Of a stretch of 64,000 nucleotides of DNA, positions 1 to 10,100 are shown in pieces. The DNA lies in the NCBI GenBank assembly GCA_002383485.1, contig DFYY01000012.1:37717-101716 (forward strand), in the 5' to 3' direction. Within the stretch, counting starts at the first letter, position 1. Each line of letters begins with the position of its first letter. The translations under genes were made by a program, and so were the position numbers. The DNA is from Bacteroidales bacterium UBA4070. GTDB lineage: Bacteria; Bacteroidota; Bacteroidia; Bacteroidales; VadinHA17. The notes beneath the pieces are model-generated. The model did no database searches and was not told the origin of the DNA. It saw nothing but the letters and a program-made list of their open reading frames with translations.

Positions 1-1
1 T

Positions 2-319
2 GTTGACCTGGTTCTTACAGGCCATGATCACACCTATGCACGCGGAATGATAGTGCCTGATTCTGCTGATATGAAAGTCAAGACGGCCGGTACGGTATAT
101 GTCGTCTCTGTAAGCGGATCCAAACAGTACAAGCAGGATGCAAAGCAATGGTGGCAAGTCGGGATGACCAACACCCAACTGTGGCAGGCGGTGACCGTTG
201 ACGGTGATCGTCTTTCCTACCGGGCATATGATGCAACAGGAAGGGTTGCCGACCAGTTCACCATAACCAGGATGAAGGATGGCAGAAAGAAGTTCGCCGT
301 TCAGCCACCGAAAGAATAA
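2..319 (+). CDS. metallophosphoesterase, C-terminal fragment (5' end lies outside the window)
   Basis: Frame 2 is open from the window edge. Translation begins VDLVLTGHDHTYARG (GHDH metallophosphatase motif). Stop TAA at 317-319. Confidence 0.7.
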   Translation, partial: VDLVLTGHDHTYARGMIVPDSADMKVKTAGTVYVVSVSGSKQYKQDAKQWWQVGMTNTQLWQAVTVDGDRLSYRAYDATGRVADQFTITRMKDGRKKFAVQPPKE

Positions 320-334
320 GATAAAAAGAAATGC

Positions 335-2065
335 ATGAAAAACCTGAATCTTACAACGGTAATTCTGATTGCTGCTCTTCTTACCCTGTCTTGCGGAAGG
401 GATGAGAGCAAGATTGAGATATATGCAACAACGGACCTGCATGGCATGCTGCTGCCCTTTGACAATACCGAGGGAGAGGCAACTGACGCTTCACTTGCCA
501 ACCTGGCTTCCCTGGTCAGTGAGGGAGACAGGGAGAGTATCATCCTTCTTGACAATGGCGACATACTGCAGGGTGATCCGCTTGCCTATTACTACAATTT
601 TGTTGACACAGCGCAACCCCATATCATTGCTGATATCCTTAATCACCTGAAATATGACGCAGCCACCGTGGGAAATCATGATATTGAAGCGGGTCATCCG
701 GTCTATGACAGGGTGCGACGTGAATACAACTTTCCGTTGCTTGCTGCGAACGCTGTGGACATCAACACCGGTGAACCATATTTTGAACCTTTTACGGTAA
801 TAAAGCGGAATGGGATGAAGATCGTGGTTTTTGGTCTCATCACACCTTCAGTGCCCCGTTGGCTCCCTGAGTCGCTCTATCGCGGCATCAGGTTCGAAAA
901 CATGGTTGCAACTGCCAGGAAGTGGATGCCTGTGATGCTCGAAGAGGAACCGGACCTGGTAATTGGGCTTTTCCACTCCGGTCTTGGCGACGAAAGAGAC
1001 AGGGGGGATGATGAGAACAGCTCCCTCTCCGTTGCCATGAATGTTCCGGGCTTTGATGTTGTTTTCTGCGGACATGACCACAGGCAGGATATAAAGGAGG
1101 TATTCAACAGTGCAGGGGAGAAGGTTCTTGTTCTTGACGGCGGCAGTCGTGCAGAGGCACTCATGAACGTTACTGTAACCATGGAGAAGCAGGCTGGCAG
1201 CAAAAGAAACAGTGTTGTCAGTGGCAGGATCATACCAATGAACAGTCTGCCGGCTTCGGCTGAATTTCTCGGGAGATATGCGCCTGTATCGCAAAAACTT
1301 AAGGAATATACATCGGAAGTCATTGGTCGTTCTACAGCGAGTGCCACAACACGTGATGCCTTCTTTGGCCCTTCGGCTTTTGTTGATCTGATTCACCTCA
1401 TGCAGCTTGAACTTACCGGAGCCCGGATTTCGATGGCATCCCCGCTCTCCTTTGACCAGCAGATTGATGAGGGTGATCTGCGGATCAGGGATATGTACCG
1501 GCTTTACAGGTTTGAGAACTTTCTCTATACCGTTAATATGACCGGGGGGGAGATAGACCGCCATCTTGAGCATGCGGCAGGTCAGTGGTTCACAACAATG
1601 ACTGACGGTGACAGTTATATGCTGAACTACAGGCTGGATGACAGCGGTGCTCCCGTCATGGTCAACGGCACGGCCAGGCTGCGCAACCCTTCCTATAACT
1701 TCGAATCCGCCATGGGAATAATTTACACTGTGGATGTCAGCAAGCCTCAGGGTGCCAGGGTTAATATCACTTCGCTGAGCGATGGCACCCCCTTCAGCCA
1801 CAGCACCAACTACACGGTGGCTGTAAACTCTTACCGTGCCAATGGCGGCGGCGGGCATTTCCCGGCAGCCGGCATAACCGGGAAGGAGCTGGAGAGTAGG
1901 ATCATCACCACCACCGAAAGAGATCTGCGTCACTATATGACTGAATGGATCCGGAGCAAGGGGACAATCAGTCCCGCTCCGCTGAGTGAATGGAAGATCA
2001 TTCCGGAAGAGTGGGCTGCGAAAGCCGAAAAGCGTGAGCGTAAGCTGCTGTTTGGTTCTAACTGA
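335..2065 (+). CDS. bifunctional metallophosphatase / 5'-nucleotidase family lipoprotein
   Basis: 576 aa. Lipoprotein-like N-terminus (LLTLSCG). Metallophosphatase motifs TTDLHG, DNGDILQGD, GNHD and GHDH, followed by a long C-terminal substrate-binding-type domain. Confidence 0.85.
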   Translation: MKNLNLTTVILIAALLTLSCGRDESKIEIYATTDLHGMLLPFDNTEGEATDASLANLASLVSEGDRESIILLDNGDILQGDPLAYYYNFVDTAQPHIIADILNHLKYDAATVGNHDIEAGHPVYDRVRREYNFPLLAANAVDINTGEPYFEPFTVIKRNGMKIVVFGLITPSVPRWLPESLYRGIRFENMVATARKWMPVMLEEEPDLVIGLFHSGLGDERDRGDDENSSLSVAMNVPGFDVVFCGHDHRQDIKEVFNSAGEKVLVLDGGSRAEALMNVTVTMEKQAGSKRNSVVSGRIIPMNSLPASAEFLGRYAPVSQKLKEYTSEVIGRSTASATTRDAFFGPSAFVDLIHLMQLELTGARISMASPLSFDQQIDEGDLRIRDMYRLYRFENFLYTVNMTGGEIDRHLEHAAGQWFTTMTDGDSYMLNYRLDDSGAPVMVNGTARLRNPSYNFESAMGIIYTVDVSKPQGARVNITSLSDGTPFSHSTNYTVAVNSYRANGGGGHFPAAGITGKELESRIITTTERDLRHYMTEWIRSKGTISPAPLSEWKIIPEEWAAKAEKRERKLLFGSN

Positions 2066-2313
2066 AAATTATTATTACATGAAGATATTTTTGAAATTTG
2101 GTGCCGATGCCCTTATTGTCCTGATTCTGACATTTGCAGGCAGCCTCAGGCAAATCAACAGGCATTGTCTGCACCAGTTCGCTCACTGATGCCACACCCG
2201 CTGCATTTTCGGCACACGTGCCTCTTCGGTATGACTACCGTGCAATCGCCGGATGGTATGACGGAACTTTTTCACGATTTTATAAGACTGTTGTCACTGA
2301 ATAAAAAATATAA

Positions 2314-2940
2314 ATGAAAAGTGTTGACCCGGATAATGACGGTAACATGCTGCCGCTGGTTGAGGAGTTCTACTCCGTGCAGGGCGAGGGATGCAATACA
2401 GGCAAGGCAGCCTATTTTATAAGGGTTGGAGGGTGCGATATCTGCTGCAGCTGGTGTGACACGAAATATGCCTGGGATGCTGCGCTGCATCCGCTGGTAC
2501 CGGTGGAATCAATAGTGTCAAATGTGATTGCATCCGGAGCAGACTCTGTAGTGGTTACCGGCGGAGAGCCCCTGATGTGGAACATGGATCCACTCTGCAG
2601 GCAGCTCAGGACAGAAGAAATAAAAACCTTTCTGGAAACATCAGGCGCCTATCCTCTTACAGGCTCCTGGGACTGGATCACCCTCTCGCCAAAGAAGGGA
2701 TCGCCGCCGCTGCCCGGGATATGGCCACTGGCTGATGAACTGAAGGTTGTAATCCAGTATGGCATTGATTTTGAGGATGCCGAGGTATACAGGCAGAAAA
2801 CGGGACCCGGATGCCAGCTGCTGCTGCAGCCGGAATGGAGCAGGTACAGTGAGATAATAGGCGTGATAACTGAGTATGTTAAAAAGCATCCTGAATGGAG
2901 AGTCTCGCTGCAGGCACATAAATTTATGCATATTCCCTGA
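2314..2940 (+). CDS. queE: 7-carboxy-7-deazaguanine synthase (radical SAM)
   Basis: 208 aa. EEFYSVQGEG, the radical-SAM cluster CDICCSWCDTKY and a C-terminal SLQAHKFMHIP are QueE hallmarks. Confidence 0.85.
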   Translation: MKSVDPDNDGNMLPLVEEFYSVQGEGCNTGKAAYFIRVGGCDICCSWCDTKYAWDAALHPLVPVESIVSNVIASGADSVVVTGGEPLMWNMDPLCRQLRTEEIKTFLETSGAYPLTGSWDWITLSPKKGSPPLPGIWPLADELKVVIQYGIDFEDAEVYRQKTGPGCQLLLQPEWSRYSEIIGVITEYVKKHPEWRVSLQAHKFMHIP

Positions 2941-4896
2941 ATGGGTTTAAGAACTACAATATTTACAATGGCTCTGACCATGCTGCTGACCCAGTTAACA
3001 AGCGGCCAGAATTTTCATACCCGCTCCAACAGGGCTCTCAAATACTATCATCAGGGCAAGCGGGATTATGAATTCCTCTATTATGACCGTGCTGAAAGTA
3101 ATCTTAAACTGGCAGTGGAAGAGGACAACCGCTTCTATGAGGCTCACATAATGCTTGGCCAGCTCTATACTGATACAGGCGACTGGGAGAAGTCGGTGAC
3201 ACATTACCGCTCTGCAGTAAGAATAGATTCTCTCTACTTTACACCGGCTCTCTTCAGCCTGGGCAGGGCTGAGCTCAGGACGGGGAGATATTTCGATGCG
3301 CTGAACCACCTTGAGGCTTACCTCAAACAACCGGGCGTGACGCCAAAGCTCAGGGTTGAGGCGGAGAAGATGATAGCAAGCTGTCGTTTCGCCCTGACTT
3401 TCCCTTCGTCGCTCTATGAGATGGAGCCTGTAAGCGCCGGCGATTCGGTAAATACCGTTCTGGATGAGTACTGGCCATCAGTCACAGGTGACGGACAGCA
3501 ACTGATCTTCACTCGTGAGGTAAAGCGGGCAGCAGGTTATGGCCGCGATTACAATCGTGACAGGCAGGAAGACTTTTACGTCAGCAGGTGGGTGGCTGAC
3601 GGTTACTGGGGCACGGCCCGTAATGCCGGGGCACCGCTGAACACATCAGGGAACGAAGGGGCACAGTCTATCTCCTCTGACGGCAGATATATGTTCTTCA
3701 CTGCCTGCGACCGGAATGACGGACAGGGCAGGTGTGACATCTACTTTTCTTCAAATGACGGCAACCGGTGGTCACCCGGATTGAATCTCGGCCCGCCTGT
3801 CAACTCTGCATACTGGGAGTCCCAGCCTTCGATCAGCCCAAACGGAAATATGCTCTTTTTTGTCAGCAACAGACCTGGTGGCATGGGAGGCATGGATATA
3901 TGGTATTCTACCCGCGGCAGCGACGGAAAGTGGAGTAAGCCTGTTAACCCGGGTAAGGCCATCAATACCACGGGCGACGAATTTTCGCCCTTTATCTACT
4001 TCAATGGGCGGACACTTTATTTTTCATCCAATGGACGTGAATCCTTCGGGGGACATGACATTTATGTCACTACCCTGGCGCGTGACTCTGGCTGGACAAC
4101 GCCGGAGAATCTCGGACCTCCGGTGAATACTCCGGCGGATGAAACCGGTCTTGTCATAGAATCATCAGGCAGAAGAGCCTATTTCTCCTCAGTCCGGAAT
4201 AAGGATAAAGGCAAGGACATCTATTATCTTGATCTTCCGGAATCGGTTCAGCCTGAGCCTGTTTCATATTTCAGGGGTAAGGTGATTGATAAAGCGTCGG
4301 GCCAGCCTATCACAGCCAGGTATGAGCTTTCAGACCTGACCAGGAGGGCCGGGGTAATAAACTCGGTCACAGACAGCAGGGGAGAGTTCTTTGTATGCCT
4401 GCCCCAGGGAAGTAGCTACGGACTGAATGTAACAGCCCCGGGTTACATGATATTCTCCGAGAACTTTGACTTCGTCGAAGGTTATACATCCTCGGAACCT
4501 TACCTCAAGACAATCGCCCTGAACAGAGTAAGAAAAGGCGAATTCATGAGGATGTACAATGTGTTTTATGATACCGACTCATGGGAGTTGCTGGAGTCAT
4601 CACTGCCGGAGCTGACACAGCTGCTTGAATTTCTGAATGTCAACCCGACAGTTGTCATAGAGATTGGTGGTCACACTGATTCGGACGGAAGTGAAGAACA
4701 TAACCAGCGGCTTTCAGAAAGAAGAGCAGATTCGGTAAGGGAATTTCTGATAAAGAGGGGCATTGACGGTGAGAGGATCTTTTCTCATGGTTATGGCGAG
4801 ACCACTCCTGTGGCTGACAATATAACACCAGCCGGCAGGAAGCTCAACAGACGGACTGAAATCACGATCCTGTCTGAAGGTACAATCAGGAAATAA
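2941..4896 (+). CDS. OmpA-family protein with N-terminal TPR and TolB-like (PD40/WD40-like) beta-propeller repeats
   Basis: 651 aa with a signal peptide. Repeated motifs of the type E..PS.SPDG..L.F.S.R and GG.DIY. C-terminal OmpA motif GHTDSDGSEEHNQRLSERRADSV. Confidence 0.85.
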   Translation: MGLRTTIFTMALTMLLTQLTSGQNFHTRSNRALKYYHQGKRDYEFLYYDRAESNLKLAVEEDNRFYEAHIMLGQLYTDTGDWEKSVTHYRSAVRIDSLYFTPALFSLGRAELRTGRYFDALNHLEAYLKQPGVTPKLRVEAEKMIASCRFALTFPSSLYEMEPVSAGDSVNTVLDEYWPSVTGDGQQLIFTREVKRAAGYGRDYNRDRQEDFYVSRWVADGYWGTARNAGAPLNTSGNEGAQSISSDGRYMFFTACDRNDGQGRCDIYFSSNDGNRWSPGLNLGPPVNSAYWESQPSISPNGNMLFFVSNRPGGMGGMDIWYSTRGSDGKWSKPVNPGKAINTTGDEFSPFIYFNGRTLYFSSNGRESFGGHDIYVTTLARDSGWTTPENLGPPVNTPADETGLVIESSGRRAYFSSVRNKDKGKDIYYLDLPESVQPEPVSYFRGKVIDKASGQPITARYELSDLTRRAGVINSVTDSRGEFFVCLPQGSSYGLNVTAPGYMIFSENFDFVEGYTSSEPYLKTIALNRVRKGEFMRMYNVFYDTDSWELLESSLPELTQLLEFLNVNPTVVIEIGGHTDSDGSEEHNQRLSERRADSVREFLIKRGIDGERIFSHGYGETTPVADNITPAGRKLNRRTEITILSEGTIRK

Positions 4897-4947
4897 CCTG
4901 TCACGGTTGATGCAGGCAGCTTTTTGCTGCCACAGTGAAATCACAAA

Positions 4948-4978
4948 GGAGGGGGATATGCTCCGCCCTCCTTCTTTT
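4948..4978. terminator. candidate bidirectional intrinsic terminator between convergent genes
   Basis: GGAGGG (4948-4953) pairs with CCCTCC (4966-4971) and is followed by TTCTTTT. It sits between the OmpA-family stop (4896) and the kinase stop (5010). Confidence 0.4.
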
Positions 4979-5009
4979 ATCAATCAGACATTTGTAGACC
5001 TTCAGAGAA

Positions 5010-5825
5010 TCAGATTGCTATCTTATTCTCCGAAGAGGAACCGGTAAGTATTTTCAAGCCGGGACTTTCCTTTGCTGGTAATGAAACAAATACGGATGTA
5101 CCTCCTGCTTCGTTTGTCTCAACCCTGATAGAGCCATCCATTGCAAGAATAAGATTTCTGGCCAGGATTAAATTCATAGCGGAATAGGTATCCTGACTTT
5201 CGGAATGTTGGATCTCAGGATTGTCGGAAAGCAGCAGATCACTGCTTCTGGGGTAACCCTGGCCAGAATCTTTTACGTAAAATGTTGTCTTCTCATCACT
5301 GTATGTGCACCCCACCTTTATAAACCCTGAAAAAGTGTGGTCAAGTGCATCACGGAAGAGATTACTGACTATTCTTGTTGTCCGTGCAGCATCTATCTTC
5401 AGCATAAGCCTGTCAGGCAGGTTGTCTTCCTGTATCAGAACGACATTGTCGCGTCCCTTTTTCCTCATGAAAACCCTGAAATCAGAGGTAAGTGACTCGA
5501 AAAGTCTTGTGATGTCGGTCTCACGCAGGCTCTCCCTTGTTGCTCCGGTCTCGAGGACCGCCGTGTCAAAGAAATTCTCAAACAACCCGACCAGCTGTTC
5601 GCATGAGGAGATGATCTGCTCTGAGAACTCTCTTTTTTCATTGTCACTGAATCTCTCGTTGTTCATAAGATAAGAGAAGGCTACAATGGAGTTCATCTGA
5701 GTTCTTACCTCATGTGATACGCCTGCAAGTATATTTGGTTTATTGATCATTTTGTTCAGTTTTTCCTGCCCTGTCGCCACTGCCGAACCCATCTCATGCC
5801 AATTATTGCGAAGAATCTCGAACAT
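5010..5825 (-). CDS. soluble histidine-kinase-like protein (HisKA + HATPase_c, atypical ATP-lid)
   Basis: 271 aa with no TM or sensor domain. H-box SHEVRTQMNSI and G1-like DSGQG are present. The N-box reads NLFRDAL and the G2 box (GxGLGL) is not recognisable. It lies 18 nt downstream of the anti-sigma-like gene. Confidence 0.7.
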   Translation of the reverse strand: MFEILRNNWHEMGSAVATGQEKLNKMINKPNILAGVSHEVRTQMNSIVAFSYLMNNERFSDNEKREFSEQIISSCEQLVGLFENFFDTAVLETGATRESLRETDITRLFESLTSDFRVFMRKKGRDNVVLIQEDNLPDRLMLKIDAARTTRIVSNLFRDALDHTFSGFIKVGCTYSDEKTTFYVKDSGQGYPRSSDLLLSDNPEIQHSESQDTYSAMNLILARNLILAMDGSIRVETNEAGGTSVFVSLPAKESPGLKILTGSSSENKIAI

Positions 5826-5843
5826 ATGAACAGATTTACTCTT

Positions 5844-6590
5844 TTATTTTAATTTGCGTGACAGCCTGGCAGCCTGCCTCTTGTACCTGCTTTCCGATGC
5901 AGCTATCGACCTGAACTGGCTCAAGGCTTTTTCCCGGTTGCCGGTCATCATGTAGCAGAGTCCCAGATACCATTCCGCATCTTCAAGATAAAGGTTGTCA
6001 TTGTGCTCTATGACGCGTGAGAAGGAACCGCTGGCTACCGGGTAATTCTTAACCTCCATGTTGGCCATACCGTGCATGAAGACCGATTCCATATCATTCC
6101 GGTCCGAGTTGATAATCTGTTCAAGGAATATAATGGCCTTCTCATATTCCTTTGCGGAGTAGGAGGCTATGGCGTTTTCCATCAATGCATTTCCTTCACC
6201 TGATGCTGACCTCACAGCCCCCGGGGATTCATACCTTGTATAACTGGAGGCATAGAGCTGCTCAGGCGATGTCCCGGGCTTCAGCTCCAGGTATATGGCG
6301 CTGGAAATAAGTGCTATAAGGGCAACGGCAGCAGCATACCTGGCACCCTTTACTATTATACCGCGCAGAGGTACGGCAGCACGTTTTTTCCTGCCTATCA
6401 CGCTGAGCTTGCTCCTCAGTTCCATTACCTGCCTGTTTGCAAGGATCTCATCGGTCCTTCGCCTTAGATTCACTTCCCTTGCCAGCTCCGGATCCTTCGC
6501 CATCTCGCCTGCAAGCCATTCACGGCCTGCTCTGTCAGCCCGGCCTCCAAGCCAGTCTTCAATGGCATTGTTGACATTCTTTGTCTTCAT
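5844..6590 (-). CDS. single-pass membrane TPR protein, putative anti-sigma factor
   Basis: 248 aa. Charged N-terminal domain of about 80 aa (AIEDWLGG...DPELAREV), one TM segment (YAAAVALIALISSAIYL) and a C-terminal TPR-like region of about 145 aa. Confidence 0.55.
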   Translation of the reverse strand: MKTKNVNNAIEDWLGGRADRAGREWLAGEMAKDPELAREVNLRRRTDEILANRQVMELRSKLSVIGRKKRAAVPLRGIIVKGARYAAAVALIALISSAIYLELKPGTSPEQLYASSYTRYESPGAVRSASGEGNALMENAIASYSAKEYEKAIIFLEQIINSDRNDMESVFMHGMANMEVKNYPVASGSFSRVIEHNDNLYLEDAEWYLGLCYMMTGNREKALSQFRSIAASESRYKRQAARLSRKLK

Positions 6591-6778
6591 CTTGATATTA
6601 TTATTTCACACTTATAAAAAACTACCCGTCAGTTAGTTTATTACAATCAGCCCGTTACCTTCAGGGCGCCTTACTATGGGGCGCATACGCTCCCGGATGA
6701 ACGGCCGGCTCTGCCTCAGGCAGATCCTTCCACGTCAATATATATACCTGCCGGCTCACACCGGCACAGTCATTTGAT

Positions 6779-6916
6779 TCAGATCTCGATTATCACCGGA
6801 GGCCTGGTAGGTTCAATACCCGTATTGCTTCTGCCGCCGTTGCCGCCGCGAATATTTATCATTTCCTCGTTTGAAAGAACAAATTCAGTGAAGTTTTCGA
6901 TTGTCAGGGTTTTCAT
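6779..6916 (-). CDS. double-glycine (GG) leader peptide precursor, 45 aa
   Basis: Manual reverse-complement translation gives MKTLTIENFTEFVLSNEEMINIRGG / NGGRSNTGIEPTRPPVIIEI, then stop. LSNEEMINIRGG fits the LSxxELxxIxGG leader consensus. The gene is too short for the supplied ORF track. Confidence 0.7.
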   Translation of the reverse strand: MKTLTIENFTEFVLSNEEMINIRGGNGGRSNTGIEPTRPPVIIEI

Positions 6917-7127
6917 GTTTTCAAGAATTAAATTGTTATGTCAGGATTTAATTGGTGTTTATACCGTACATGTCAGAAGATGTCGTTTTGTGACACGAAA
7001 AAATCAACTTTTTTTCAAAAAAAATGCAACATACTGAAATACAGGTCTGTATAAAATGTAAAATATTGCTGTCACTTTAACGGATTGTTTTATACTTTTA
7101 CCGACGGAAGAGAGAAGAACCATTTTG

Positions 7128-10100
7128 ATGAGCCTGGGGGCACGTATAGTATCCATTCCTTTCCTGCTTTTTGCTGTTTTATGCGGATTACCTGCAATAG
7201 CGCTCGGAACCTGGCATCCGGGTAAAGAGGTTATTGAAGGAACAGTAATAGGGGAGAAGAGACTGAGGGAGTTGACGGACTCACTCTCTGTTCTGTTGGA
7301 GACGGGATCTGACGCGCCGGGCAAGGCTGAGATGGCATCAGAGATAGAAGCCATTATTTCCGGCGACGTTATTAAGGATACCCTTCTGCTGTCTGATGCT
7401 TATTATTTTTTGGGTGTTCAGCATTATCAGTCGAACCGTTTCGCTAAAGCCTTTGACTGTTTCAGTATCTCAGTATTTTACAGGGAGCGACTCTCGCTGT
7501 CAGACAGGAGATATGCCAACGGGCTGGCAAATATGGCTGTGTCACTTTTAAAGACAGGTGATTACATGCGTGCATCAGTGCTGGGGACAAAGGCACTTGA
7601 GGCAAAGCGGGCAATCTCGGGCAGTGACTCATCAGGTCTGGTGACCAATTACGTTAACCTGGCCAGTATCAACCTTGAGTTGAATGAAACAGACAGCGCC
7701 ATTGAAAGGGCAGAGGCCGGGCTGAGGATTGCCAAGCTCTACCCCGATGCGGTACCGGTGAAGGTAATAGCCGACCTGTATCATGTAATAGGACTCGGTC
7801 TTTACCGTAGCCAGGAATACAACAAATCCCTGGCTTACTGTGGGGAGGCTCTCAGGATGTACGAAAAGGATCCGGCTGCCAGCGTTGACTCGAGGATATT
7901 GATGCACAATACCATGGCCCAGGTTCACCGACGGATGGGTCAGCCCCGGGAGGCTGAGGCACAATTTCTCAAGGGCCTTGCAATCAGGGATAGCCAGAAT
8001 ACCCAGGATAAATTTCTGCTTTACATAAACTATGCGGGTTTTCTGATCCGCAACGGACGTGCAGCCGAGGGAGAGCAGGTCCTGAAGTCGGGGCTGGACC
8101 AGGTAAGCAATGCATTCGGTCCGGATAGCCGTGAATATTACATGATGCTTGCCTCGGCCGCGGAACTGGTATACGATGACCCTGAAGACAGGGACCGGGC
8201 CATAGCCATTTATGATAAGTGTCTTGAATATGTTCGCCAGAATCCCTGGGATCATTCAATGGGAAAATTTATCCTTGCCAGGTACGCCAGGGAACTTTCA
8301 GATGCCGGGAGGTATGCCAGGGTTATTGATCTGACGGATTACCTTGCTGCTGACACCATGGCGGCAGATGCCGTCTCTGAGGAAGACTTCTTCCTGCTGG
8401 GATTGAGGTATGAGGCTTTGAATACGCTTGCCGGCAGAAGAAACAACACTGATCTTCTCAGGCAGGCTGTAGCCACCGGACGAAGGATCACTTCCCTGTA
8501 TGACCGGCAAAGGCTTGAGATGAGTGAGGAGGATAGCAGGACCAGCCTAAGCTCTTCGGCCAGGGGTATCTATACCGGCTTAATTGAGAACTATGCTGCT
8601 CTCTATGAGAGCAATGGTGACCGTGAATCGCTGGAGGGTCTGTTCGAATACGCCGAGAGGAGTAAGGTTGCCGGTTTCCTGGCATCAATGAGGGAACTGA
8701 ACGCTGCCCGGTTCTCGCTGCCGGAGGAGCTGACTGAGCTTGAGGCAGGTATCCGCAGTGAGATAGGGTTATACAGGGAACTGATGACCACGGAAAGGCT
8801 TAAAGCAGTGCCTGACACCCAGCGGCTGGCCACCTGGGAGAGCGTAACCTTCAGGCTGCATCGCTCCCGAGACTCGCTTGTGAACATCTTTGAACAGGAT
8901 TATCCGGCTTACTACAACCTGAAATTCAGGAACGAAGTAACCCCGCTGCGTGATGTCGGCAAAGTCATCGGACAGAGGGCAAACCTTCTAAGCTATGTTC
9001 TTACTCAGGACAGGCTTTACATCTTTGTTGCCAACCACAGGAGGAGCGAGGTGATAAAAAAGGATATTGACTCCTCCTTCTTCACATTGCTTACACGTTT
9101 TCGCGAGATGGTGTCAACACCACCTGACCCAAGCGGTTCACGTGCCCCGTTCAACGAATACATGGATCTGGCTTACAGCCTTTACCGTATACTCCTTGAG
9201 CCGGCTGAACCTTTTCTTGCCGGCGATAAGATAGTCATCTCTCCGGATAACCTCCTTTCCTACCTGCCCTTCGAAACGCTTGTAACCGAAGAGTTCCGCA
9301 GTCCCGGTCTGCTCTACCGCGAGGCACCCTTCGCCCTTAAGAAATACCGGTTTTCCTATATCTACAGCGTGACCCTTTCGTCAGAGACGTTACAGCGAAG
9401 CAGAAGCCTGAGCAACAGGCTGATAGCCTTTGCTCCGTCCTATGAGGGAGTTGAGATAGATGATTCCCTCCTTGTATCATGGCCATCCCTCAGGGGAGAG
9501 ATACATGAGCTGCCCTACGCCATTATGGAGGCTGAAGATGTTGTTAATCAGTGCGGAGGGCGGGCCTTTACAGGGGCTGAAGCCAGTGAGGGAGCCTTTA
9601 AGCGCGAAGTAAAGAACTACAAGATCATACACCTGGCCATGCACACGCTGGTTGATGACAGCAGACCTGCATTCTCCAGGATGCTCTTCACTCCAAGCGG
9701 TGGTGACACCGAGGACGGCATGCTTAATACCTATGAGGTATACAGCCTGCCGATCAAGGCAATGATGGTGGTACTCAGCTCCTGCAATACCGGGTCAGGG
9801 ATGCTGGTGAACGGGGAGGGCATACTGAGCCTGGCACGCGGTTTCCTTTATGCCGGAAGCCGTTCGGCAGTGATGTCAATGTGGGCTGTGGATGACATAT
9901 CTGCCTCGGAGGTAATTCACTCCTTCTACAGGAATCTGAGAAGCGGGCAGACCAAAAGCTCTGCACTCCGCAACGCCAGGCTGAGCTACCTGGAAGATGC
10001 ACTTCAGAGAAGGTCTCATCCCTACTACTGGTCTGCGCTTGTGATATACGGCGACGATACGCCGCTGTGGTATAACAGGGTAAAACTCTACACAGGGATC

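Noticed and set aside
848-1933. 361-aa minus-strand ORF, plus similar long antisense ORFs at 11327-12052, 13820-14710, 15609-16151, 28476-region 27978-28613, 59173-59646 and 61498-62049
   Set aside because: All lie entirely inside strongly supported genes on the opposite strand (5'-nucleotidase, ABC exporter, DUF349, pyrG and others). None has a recognisable motif. They are typical shadow ORFs.
2066-2313. Possible preQ1-type riboswitch or small gene upstream of queE
   Set aside because: I could not match the preQ1-I/II consensus elements I remember. The only structures are a short GGCAC-GT-GTGCC palindrome and weak hairpins. The small ORFs (36 aa on plus, 30 aa on minus) have no supporting features.
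2314-2940. Radical-SAM gene considered as a possible maturase for the GG-leader peptide
   Set aside because: It carries QueE-specific motifs (VQGEG, CxxxCxxC in the CDICCSWCDTKY context, C-terminal LQAHKFMHIP). It is only 208 aa with no SPASM domain. It is separated from the peptide by an unrelated OmpA-family gene and the convergent kinase.
6774-7037. 87-aa plus-strand ORF from the track covering the peptide region
   Set aside because: It runs antisense to the GG-leader peptide gene and continues into the AT-rich promoter region. Its translation is low-complexity (LLLPPLPPRIFII) with no motif. The minus-strand peptide reading explains the region better.
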